From a virus (taxonomy: Duplodnaviria; Heunggongvirae; Uroviricota; Caudoviricetes): 64,000 nucleotides of DNA. Made by a program: the position numbers and the translations under genes. The stretch is from IMG/VR virus record IMGVR_UViG_3300035034_002090, positions 45,238-109,237 of that record. The stretch is one strand, 5' to 3'. Every line of letters begins with the position of its first letter. Within the stretch, counting starts at the first letter, position 1. The notes beneath the pieces are model-generated. The model made no database searches. It was not told where the DNA came from and saw nothing but the letters and a program-made list of their open reading frames with translations. Positions 56,901-64,000 of the stretch are shown here, in pieces.

Positions 56901-58416
56901 TGTTGCAAAGTCTGGGATGCTAGGGAAAGTTCTTGGCCTTGAAGACAAGCTATTCAAATTCAAGCAGGCTGGTCAGTTCCTTCAGTCAATGGGTGGAGCC
57001 GCTCCAGAAGCGGCAAAGTCAATGACCTTCATGAAGTCCATGAAGAACGTTTTAGCTCAGTCTAAGGTGGTGAAGTTCTTTAAGTTCCTAGGCAAATCCG
57101 CCAAGGCCATCGGAAAGGCTCTGGCTCCGATCGCGAAGTTTGCTTCAAAGATAGTGACTCCCATAATTTTGATATGGGAATACATGAAGCGGTTGCCGGA
57201 TATTGTATCCGACTTCGGGTCTCTTTTCTCCGATGCTCTGGACCCTGATGAACTTACCAAGAAGGGTTGGTCTATCGCGAAGAATTTTCTCGGCATCCTT
57301 GATGCGTTCTTCTTAAACATACCTAGCTGGATTGGGGAAAAGCTGGGCATAACCACCGAAATTGTTGAGGCTTTTTACCAATTCTTGAGCCTCAAGACCT
57401 ATGAAACGATCGAGTACGTAGCTGCATTCTTCGGCTCCATGGGAGACCGCGTAGAGGGCATCTATTACGGCGTTAAGTCCACAGCCATGAATGTGCTAGC
57501 TGGCATGGGGATGGGTGCCGTGAGCACGGTTTCAGGCATTCTGGAGTCGTTCTTCTCCCTTTCGACCTCGGTCGTGAACATATGGCATGACATAGCCAAG
57601 GTCGGTGCTGTCAAGTTTGCCGAGATGTTGGGGCAGGGCAATAGCTTTGTGAATGACTTGGTGCACGCCTTTGGCTCTCTCTCCAACATCATCATTTTCG
57701 ACGTCCTTGAACCAATCACGAGGGCCTTTAGTAAGGTATTCACGGGCATCCTCGATCTCATCATGGAGCTACCGGGAGCCGAGAAGGCTATTGGTATGCT
57801 TGGGTTTGACAACATCGAGGAATTCAAGTCGGCGACAAACCTGCATGAGCAGGCTTATGGAAAGAATGTCACAGATAAAAAAATCGAAAAGATGAAGAAG
57901 AAGCGCCTCTCCGACTTGATCAAGACTGATGCGGAGATGAAGAAAGAAAAGGAGACTCTGGTCAGGAGGGCAGAGGACATGGTCAAAAAGAGCCGTCAAG
58001 TCTCTCATCAGGGTATCTCTGCTGCGAAGGCAGTTGCATCTAAGGGTCTTGGCGGCGCTGCGAAGGGATTCGCGGCAATCGGCAGCCGTGCTTCAGCTGC
58101 TAGCGACAAGAGCCGTGCCGCGTACGCACGCAAGGATGAGCGTTTTGCTCAGGCGGACAGGAACATTGAACTTGAGCGCGCACGAGCGAGAGACCAAACG
58201 CTTGGCACGCTGAAAGGCCCCGGCACGGCTAAGCCCTCTCGCCCGGACGGCATTAGGCCCGGGCAGGGCCGGACCCCTGAGCAAGAAGCAATGGCCAAAT
58301 CCGCCAAAGCTAATGAAGAGACTGCGAACAATGTCAAGGAACTGGTTGATCTGGAGAAGCGTAAGGCCAAGAGAAAAAGTCCTCCGCCTCGGGTCACGGG
58401 TCCAGAGAACCCATAG
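53998..58416 (+). CDS. tape measure protein
   Basis: 1472 aa, Ala/Gly-rich helical, downstream of chaperone, upstream of baseplate. Confidence 0.88.
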   Translation: MGKNLANLGIAWYSDDKKVQNDIGSLQGSLEGIKDTLGAIKRVNAIGAIVDAVSMDKLRAIKAGVSELASGNLEAAGAAGPLDSMYAQAAKSASQLAASSSKVSENMKGVNKSVGLARSLNIDANAVQKIAAEFTKLETNATKYGFESMKDFVKMTQVAEVEGENLVRTLKGLETGFNFSGKGAGKLLDEVTYIGREFGFGTDAVKQFETVTGSLNEHLRYMGEDAGPEEFSEMTRQIYLLAGGMVKLGKDPADAMSEATETFTKLAGAKGEMRAMFTGKGGLPDLLQQGAISIGDFGKMQDMMNEKPLDFIMSMGEHFDKLGSKQQEFLRQNVLKDMGADTDWFIQGNWKQVAPAIDKVKNSMDKASGSAQKMGKHFRTGRTYTERLNMVTEDYQQSISDLTKNALGNTFIKRQRNFYMGMLAPAFESMTEGTFKVAEGVGFINKQLDKTGTNASITKEQLGGIQEVLAKGFLGFRASGFEGLMVAAMDAEPAIKAISKYAKVTTDTVKEANEDGYVAQFTLLWKAAKGYLGSLKPMLEDVKGKMKEMWDDFRTAHPTVYAIQSFFSDMHSKAVKLKGVVEDLFGKAFGIDPQKKKDLKASLDGMRGGTIGGANFMNPMGSPLSTGTLMDDMAMKDQESLMGAMIESEDFKSKEAHKKLGVGIATMMAGLPLSKFIAGAIPGGGILMALLGVGAAAVHIDQNMEGGIEAFIDKVAAKIGPLIDKASPHLKKAADALGKLFSKLASMIDWNKVGEKLASGVSSFVSALGSAISYAFSDSKGQKELEGAAKNGGMTASLAVAMGKAFEGLGGALKGMGKGILTSLWQGVVGKPEEDKEATEVISDAGKTVAGMFVAGILTGIAATFTRSKILGVIGRVLRAPISIPFKFVAGTTKAATKGYLTAKGMAKAGELAQKFGFADDVAAAEARVAAASTSKEARAAKFGLGKAKAGAKLRGAGTKVIGGVDKAVAKSGMLGKVLGLEDKLFKFKQAGQFLQSMGGAAPEAAKSMTFMKSMKNVLAQSKVVKFFKFLGKSAKAIGKALAPIAKFASKIVTPIILIWEYMKRLPDIVSDFGSLFSDALDPDELTKKGWSIAKNFLGILDAFFLNIPSWIGEKLGITTEIVEAFYQFLSLKTYETIEYVAAFFGSMGDRVEGIYYGVKSTAMNVLAGMGMGAVSTVSGILESFFSLSTSVVNIWHDIAKVGAVKFAEMLGQGNSFVNDLVHAFGSLSNIIIFDVLEPITRAFSKVFTGILDLIMELPGAEKAIGMLGFDNIEEFKSATNLHEQAYGKNVTDKKIEKMKKKRLSDLIKTDAEMKKEKETLVRRAEDMVKKSRQVSHQGISAAKAVASKGLGGAAKGFAAIGSRASAASDKSRAAYARKDERFAQADRNIELERARARDQTLGTLKGPGTAKPSRPDGIRPGQGRTPEQEAMAKSAKANEETANNVKELVDLEKRKAKRKSPPPRVTGPENP

Positions 58417-58425
58417 GAGTTCTAA

Positions 58426-58773
58426 ATGGCAAGCAAGACGAAAGAAAATAAAAGCGTCAGTGTCACCATTGGGAAAGGGAGTTGGCTGAACAACTGCAAG
58501 TTAGCCAATCTTGATGACGGAGTGGTCTCGTGGACTGATTTTGACATCCCAGATCTACCCGAAAGAGATGGTGATATTGAGTACCGAGTCGAGGGGCACG
58601 AGCGTCCTGAGACATTAGCTAAGAAGTTCTACGGAAACTATGACCTGTGGTGGGTGATTGCTGTAGCTAACGATATTCAAGTTCCGCTAGTGGAGATGTA
58701 CCCCGGCCGCCTTCTCAGGATTCCAGAACCATCGTATGTGTTGAATAAGATAAATTCTCGCGACGGGATATAG
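58426..58773 (+). CDS. LysM-like baseplate protein (gp53/gpX-like)
   Basis: RPETLAKKFYG..DLWWVIA.AN...GR.LRIP. Confidence 0.85.
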   Translation: MASKTKENKSVSVTIGKGSWLNNCKLANLDDGVVSWTDFDIPDLPERDGDIEYRVEGHERPETLAKKFYGNYDLWWVIAVANDIQVPLVEMYPGRLLRIPEPSYVLNKINSRDGI

Positions 58774-58774
58774 G

Positions 58775-60097
58775 ATGCCGGAAGTAAATTATATTGGCCC
58801 TGTGATGGGCGTCACGCTGTATGACAAGAAGGACGGTAACGCACTCGACCTTACCGCTTGGTCACGCGAGTTCGACTATCCATACATCAACTCCGTAAGC
58901 GTCGAGGTTGAAATGAGTATCAGCAATACTATTCAGGTCTCCATTTCTCCGCCCTTCGAGGAATGGAAGAGGCTTACCAATGACATGCCTGAGTTCTTTG
59001 TCCCGGGAGCCCGTGTACGGGTGGCGCTGGGGTACTCAGGCGGATCTGGAATCAAGGAGTATTGGGCCAACATCGCCACGGTAACCGCCGAAGTTCAGGC
59101 TGATTACCCAACCATGAACATCGAAGCTAGAGGTGGCCCATACTTTGCTTCGAAGGTTCAGGATATAGAGGTTAGCTGGGAGTCGACCGTCCGGGAGGTG
59201 CTGACAGAGATTGCTATTTCGAGAGGATGGGAGCTGGGGTATTTGTCTAGCGACAACCAAATCATCACGAATGTCTCAGTGGTGGACGGGTATGAGGAAA
59301 TGGATCAGCCTGTCGGAAACATCCTCCATGGTTCTATTTATAGCATTATGCGTCAGCTCATCGAGGTTGTGGCTGGGTATGAGTTTTGGGCTGAGGGCGA
59401 CACGGTCGTTATTGTCAATCCTGCGTTTGTCGGTAGAGCCACTAAGATTCCTATATTTGAGTACAAAGGAAATCCTGTGGATGTCCAAAAGGGGATATAC
59501 CCCTTGCTTGAATACAATAGCACCAACAGTCAGGTGGCCTACGAGTCCTCCGTTCATAAGGTTTCTTCGAAGGATATTGACGCCGATACCAAGGGCGAGC
59601 CCAAAGAAACTCAGGTAACCAGCTCTGATGAGGGCCTCAACCAATCGTCGATGCGATCTCATGGCGTACCCGATGAGGTTACTCAGTCCGACGCCAAGCT
59701 ACAGAGTGTGTGGGGTGAGATTAAGCGGGGTAAGAATGTTGCCGTGTCATCGAGAGACCCCCACATGAAGAAGCGGCTTCAAATGCTAAAGAGGCGGGGG
59801 AATCAAACCGGCGGTCTTCAGGCCGAAATTCAAACCATCGGGCACCCACTTTTAAGACCCGGTCAATTCATTGAGGTGAGAAATTTACCAAGGCTTTGGT
59901 CAGGCAAGTATCAGATTCGAAAAGTTACACACGTCGGGGATGACAGTGGATATAGCACCAACCTTAATGTACTAACTATCAACCTGTCCGATGATGAGTC
60001 AGAAGGTATGGCCCCGACAAAGCAGGAGATTATATCTTCTGAGGCGGAGCCAGCTAACTATAGCTCCGACACAACTGTAAAGACCCCTAGTCAGTAG
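58775..60097 (+). CDS. baseplate hub (gp27/gpD-like)
   Basis: VRVALGY, G.P.LRPGQFIEV....WSGKY.I.KVTH....GYST. Confidence 0.85.
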   Translation: MPEVNYIGPVMGVTLYDKKDGNALDLTAWSREFDYPYINSVSVEVEMSISNTIQVSISPPFEEWKRLTNDMPEFFVPGARVRVALGYSGGSGIKEYWANIATVTAEVQADYPTMNIEARGGPYFASKVQDIEVSWESTVREVLTEIAISRGWELGYLSSDNQIITNVSVVDGYEEMDQPVGNILHGSIYSIMRQLIEVVAGYEFWAEGDTVVIVNPAFVGRATKIPIFEYKGNPVDVQKGIYPLLEYNSTNSQVAYESSVHKVSSKDIDADTKGEPKETQVTSSDEGLNQSSMRSHGVPDEVTQSDAKLQSVWGEIKRGKNVAVSSRDPHMKKRLQMLKRRGNQTGGLQAEIQTIGHPLLRPGQFIEVRNLPRLWSGKYQIRKVTHVGDDSGYSTNLNVLTINLSDDESEGMAPTKQEIISSEAEPANYSSDTTVKTPSQ

Positions 60098-60105
60098 ATT
60101 CTGAT

Positions 60106-61005
60106 ATGATCACAGCTAATTCACCATTCCGTGATTTCCTGCTCAAGTTATTTGAGTTTGGTCTTGAGTATTTCGAGCTGTATTACGGATTCTATCGAGC
60201 GGAGGTCGTTGATAATGAGGATCCAAATAATCAAGGGCGTGTGAAGCTTAAGGTCCCCATGCTCAATATGCCGTCCGATAAGTCCCTCCCGCATTGGGCC
60301 TATCCAGTTATATCCGGTAATCCATCCGGCCAAGGTAAGGGTGACTATCGCGTTCCTGAGGTTGGTGACTTTGTCTGGGTAGCCTTCGAAGGCGGTAAAG
60401 TTGCTACGCCCCTTTATTTCTCCGGAGGATGGTTTGCTAAAAACGAGGTCCCAGAGGATTTCGAGGGCATCTATGATCGCGGCTTTAAGTCCACCTCAGG
60501 TCACTTAGTTCGATTTAGGGACAAAGACGGCGAAGAGTCAGTGACTTTGAGGCACAGCGGAGGCACTCAAGCGGACATAAATAGCGATGGTGCCGTCACG
60601 GTAGAGACTCAGAAAGGTGATCGGCTGGTTATTGACACAGAGGGTGACGCATTACTTAAGCACCGTACCGGAACACTTCTGAAGTTCGGTAAGTCAGGGT
60701 CATCTGTAGAGCTTGCATCTTCTCAAGGCACCAAGCTTTCCTTTGACGGCCCCAACGTAACAGTTGAGTCTGGTGCTCAGGTTACGTTAAACTGTCCTCG
60801 GCTGGTGTTGAACGGAACAACTAGCATTGAGCTAGGGAAGGGTGCCATTCATCCGCTAATAAAGGGTGATGTGTTTATGTCGTGGTTGGGTGCCTTTGTT
60901 GCATGGGCAGGCATTCATAACCACACGCCGGGTTCTCCGCCAGTGGCACCACCACCACCGCCACCAATAGCATCATTTTTGTCGCTCATATCAAAGACTA
61001 AGTAA
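60106..61005 (+). CDS. baseplate spike (gp5 OB-fold/gpV-like)
   Basis: YRAEVVDNEDP..QGRVK, PEVGD.VWVAFEGG, GH..., terminal HNH (HxH). Confidence 0.88.
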   Translation: MITANSPFRDFLLKLFEFGLEYFELYYGFYRAEVVDNEDPNNQGRVKLKVPMLNMPSDKSLPHWAYPVISGNPSGQGKGDYRVPEVGDFVWVAFEGGKVATPLYFSGGWFAKNEVPEDFEGIYDRGFKSTSGHLVRFRDKDGEESVTLRHSGGTQADINSDGAVTVETQKGDRLVIDTEGDALLKHRTGTLLKFGKSGSSVELASSQGTKLSFDGPNVTVESGAQVTLNCPRLVLNGTTSIELGKGAIHPLIKGDVFMSWLGAFVAWAGIHNHTPGSPPVAPPPPPPIASFLSLISKTK

Positions 61006-61014
61006 GGATTAACG

Positions 61015-61380
61015 ATGAAGGGGCTCAAGTATCCTTTCACATTTCAGAACGGGGCTCCGGAATCAGCCGAGGGGGACGAGTTAGTCGCCTCTGCTGTTAA
61101 CCAGCTCTTTGCGCAGGAGAAAGGTGAGCGCCCCCGAGATGAAGAGAACGGGATCAACATCACTAAGTATACCTTCGAGAACAACAACCACCTGCTTAGG
61201 GCCAACATCCGCAGAGAGGTCATGCTGGCCTTTAGTCGAAACGAGCCAAGGGCACGATTGGTATCGGCATCTGCGAGGGCATATGTGGGTGACGAAGGGG
61301 TTGCTTTAGAGATTGAGCCTGTCTGGCGATACCGATCCAAGTATTATGCGCTCACTCGACTGATCAACACTCAGAGGTAG
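61015..61380 (+). CDS. baseplate gp25/gpW-like protein
   Basis: YPF...L....GERP...F......EPRA. Confidence 0.85.
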   Translation: MKGLKYPFTFQNGAPESAEGDELVASAVNQLFAQEKGERPRDEENGINITKYTFENNNHLLRANIRREVMLAFSRNEPRARLVSASARAYVGDEGVALEIEPVWRYRSKYYALTRLINTQR

Positions 61381-61382
61381 AT

Positions 61383-63623
61383 ATGACACGTCGACTCTAT
61401 GGCGGAAAGGACTTCGATACTCTCAAGAATGAGATCAAGTCGAGGCTGAGCAAGCGGTTCTCCGGTATCTCACTAGACTTCAAGAATGACCTCACGGTCT
61501 TCATGTTGGAGATGATTACCTATGGGATAGAGCCCCTTAATTTTTATTTGGACGTCAAAGCCAATGAGTCTTTCTTGTCTACGGCTCAGCAGCGATCCTC
61601 GATGGATAGGATTGCAGCTGAGGCAGGATACAACCCTCCCGGTGCCGTATCAGCATCTGGCGAGCTAAGCCTCCGTCCGGTGGGCCATAATAGAGCCGTC
61701 TCATTGGAAAAGGGCTTTCAGTTCACATCCACAAAGGGTCTCGTATACGAGGTTGTTGAGGACTATTTCTGGCCGGTAGGCGATGAGCTTTTCAAGGAAG
61801 TTACGCTCAGTGAGAGGGAGAGTAAGACGGCCTCTTTTGTGAGTGACGGCTCTCAATTCCAGAGATTCAATCTTCCACTTCCCACTGAGGACTCATTTTT
61901 GTCCTTCAGGTCGGTCGAGGTCCTTGTGGATGGAGAGGAATGGAAGGAAGTGGACCAGCTATCTGATTTGGACACCTCTGTTTTTAGAGTTGGCTATACT
62001 TCCTCAAAGCCATACATAGAGTTTGGTGATGGTGCAGTAGGTGATATTCCTCAAGATGGGGGAGGAATCAGGGTCGAGTACGCCATCAATCACGGCAAAG
62101 AGGGCACCATCCCGGCCGGTCTGATTACTGGCCCCGTCGAGCCTCTTGTCGTTGCAGGGGAGGCCGTGACTCTTGAGCTTGATGAGGAAACAGGGGAGAT
62201 GCGCGGTGGTGATGGCCCCGAATCCATGGAGCTTATTCGGTCGAAAATACCCAATTTTCGACACTCCGATGGTGCGGTGGTTACGAACCCAGACGTTGCT
62301 GGCCTGCTTCATAGCTATAAGGATCCCATTTATGGCGCTGTGGCAGCAGCAACGGCCTTTGTCGCAAAAAGCATCGACAACGATGTCACTTCTGCTCGAC
62401 TGATAACAGAAGCCAAGAGTATCCTTCTCGACGCGGGGGCTGTTGTGGAGGGGGTAATCACTTCTGTAGAGGACAGTGCCGACGACCTAGATGTCTATCT
62501 GTCGTCTCTTCAGGCGCTCATGGCCGAGATTGAAGCCTTTATTGGACCCGATGGTACGTCGAGTGAACTGGACAGCCTCCTGAGCGATGTCAGGAGCTAT
62601 CAATCCGCCGCCGTGGATGCCTCCAACTCTGTTGACCAGAGTGCGAAGACCATTCAGTCAACTAGCTCAATTACCAAACTAGCGACCCAAGAGGCTCAGG
62701 GTTCCTCTTCGGACTTGAGAGCTAAAGTAGGTGGGATCGCAATAGGATCTCCGGATCAGCTTTCAGCGACGACAAAGACTGAGCTGACTGGCTTTTTGGA
62801 TGCGCTTGATGACTCGCTTAATGAGGCGCTAGCAATGGCCTCTACAGGCACTGTTGTTCAGCAACAGACGCAACAGATCGTTTCTTCTATAGGGTCGGTG
62901 AAGGACCAGCTAAGCCTTATAAAGACACGCGTTGACTCGATCGATGAGGTCTTGGTGAAAGCTGATGGTAAGGCCGTCGATGTCGCCGCTCAGCACAATC
63001 TAATCGCTGCCGAAGCCGATGAACTCAGGGACCATGCCACCGTGTTATCCACTCAGATCATCTCTCCATGGGATGAATCAACTTCGAGAATGGATGCTCT
63101 TTGGACTCATTTGGATGGGGTTTTCTCAGGGGCCTGCGGTCCCAATTTGGTGACGATCCCCATCCTGAGTTACGACGCGGATGGATTTTATGTGCCCCCG
63201 TCTGTTGGTCTGATGAGATCCTTAGAAGAATACATTTCGGCACGAAAGGAACCCTCTGTCGTTGTTGTTGTAACGGGTGGATCCGATCAGCTAGTGTCAC
63301 CATCTATGTCGGTTGTTTTTCGCGTAGGTCGAGGATACTCGGCGAACACTGTAAAAGGGGCTATTGAGTCCTCTTTATTTAGTGTTCTGAAAGGCCGAGA
63401 CTTTGGACAGGATCTGTATCTAGATGACCTTTACAGCTCCCTGAGATATATCGATGGGGTTGAGTACCTCAACGTTTCAATCGATACCTACTCGCCTCAC
63501 CCACAGGGCGGCGTGTCTATTGATGATGAAGGAAACTTGGTGCTGCCAGAAGGTAAGGTTGTTACGAAGCCGAATGTCGACTACTACGTTAAGCTTCCAG
63601 ATGGTAGCAAGGAGCAAATCTAA
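61383..63623 (+). CDS. baseplate wedge protein (gpJ/gp6-like) with helical insertion
   Basis: KDFDTL, YLD..ANE.FL.TA, GYNP, FGDG..G..P, GGDGPES, AVVT..D. Confidence 0.88.
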   Translation: MTRRLYGGKDFDTLKNEIKSRLSKRFSGISLDFKNDLTVFMLEMITYGIEPLNFYLDVKANESFLSTAQQRSSMDRIAAEAGYNPPGAVSASGELSLRPVGHNRAVSLEKGFQFTSTKGLVYEVVEDYFWPVGDELFKEVTLSERESKTASFVSDGSQFQRFNLPLPTEDSFLSFRSVEVLVDGEEWKEVDQLSDLDTSVFRVGYTSSKPYIEFGDGAVGDIPQDGGGIRVEYAINHGKEGTIPAGLITGPVEPLVVAGEAVTLELDEETGEMRGGDGPESMELIRSKIPNFRHSDGAVVTNPDVAGLLHSYKDPIYGAVAAATAFVAKSIDNDVTSARLITEAKSILLDAGAVVEGVITSVEDSADDLDVYLSSLQALMAEIEAFIGPDGTSSELDSLLSDVRSYQSAAVDASNSVDQSAKTIQSTSSITKLATQEAQGSSSDLRAKVGGIAIGSPDQLSATTKTELTGFLDALDDSLNEALAMASTGTVVQQQTQQIVSSIGSVKDQLSLIKTRVDSIDEVLVKADGKAVDVAAQHNLIAAEADELRDHATVLSTQIISPWDESTSRMDALWTHLDGVFSGACGPNLVTIPILSYDADGFYVPPSVGLMRSLEEYISARKEPSVVVVVTGGSDQLVSPSMSVVFRVGRGYSANTVKGAIESSLFSVLKGRDFGQDLYLDDLYSSLRYIDGVEYLNVSIDTYSPHPQGGVSIDDEGNLVLPEGKVVTKPNVDYYVKLPDGSKEQI

Positions 63624-64000
63624 TGCCCACTTCAAGACGCATCGGACACCCTTACCCAGACGCTAACGTAAGGGATTGGGTCGATCAATTCGAGAGCTTA
63701 ATAGCGTCCCTAGATGCATCTGACTATGCAGCTAGAGAGGACAGAAACATCCTAGTAGCAGGCGGAGCCCCGCTTGAAATAAGCTCGACGGGTTCGGTAT
63801 CTTGGGGGTCTGAACTCCTTGTGTTCTATGGATCAAGGGGGGTATCGGGGACATTACCGCCCGGATCCGTTGATTTGGACGAGGGAGAGATTGCATATGT
63901 GGATCTGGTTCGTTACCCCGGTGGCCAGCACGAGCTAGCTCTCAACACCACAACATCATCAGCGCCTAGCAGTGATAGCGCCCTTGTTTTGTTTTATCGC
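63623..64000 (+). CDS. partial ORF (baseplate/tail-fibre region), runs off the window
   Basis: TAATG coupling; MPTSRRIGHPYPDANVRDW... open to the end. Confidence 0.65.
   Translation, partial: MPTSRRIGHPYPDANVRDWVDQFESLIASLDASDYAAREDRNILVAGGAPLEISSTGSVSWGSELLVFYGSRGVSGTLPPGSVDLDEGEIAYVDLVRYPGGQHELALNTTTSSAPSSDSALVLFYR

Noticed and set aside
1-64000. tRNA/rRNA genes, integrase, transposase, DNA polymerase
   Set aside because: None recognised by eye; tRNAscan-SE and HMM searches would be needed to exclude them formally

Overview
A 64-kb segment of a large contractile-tailed (myovirus-like) dsDNA phage, almost all on the + strand. Left part (1-28.6 kb): accessory genes (SWIM protein, amidase endolysin, divergent family-4 UDG) and a replication/recombination module. 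That module holds UvrD, an intein-bearing SNF2 helicase with an apparently dead MTase-like N-terminus, initiator/DnaC/DnaB/primase, dCTP deaminase, gp32-like SSB, GroES, ThyA, UvsW-like helicase, RecA with zinc-ribbon inserts, two resolvase-like nucleases and a Cas4-like nuclease. Right part (28.7-64 kb): packaging, head, neck and tail genes. The head is T4-like (terminase, gp20 portal, gp21 protease fused to scaffold, gp23 MCP, gp13/gp14 neck). The tail has a sheath, two tube-like genes, a frameshifting chaperone, a tape measure and a hub/spike/gp25/J-like baseplate. No DNA polymerase, integrase, tRNA or CRISPR array was recognised. The best leads are four: (i) an unannotated -1 frameshift signal (G GGA AAC plus hairpin) in a prohead-core-like gene that would add a very basic tail; (ii) an Acb1-like 2H phosphoesterase among head genes with a putative maturation-protease site, suggesting a virion-delivered anti-defence enzyme; (iii) an identical 13-mer plus GACCC element at the same distance upstream of the head and sheath operons; (iv) a gap-free paralogous domain shared by the scaffold and two orphan ORFs. 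All assignments come from motif recognition by eye; no database searches were run.
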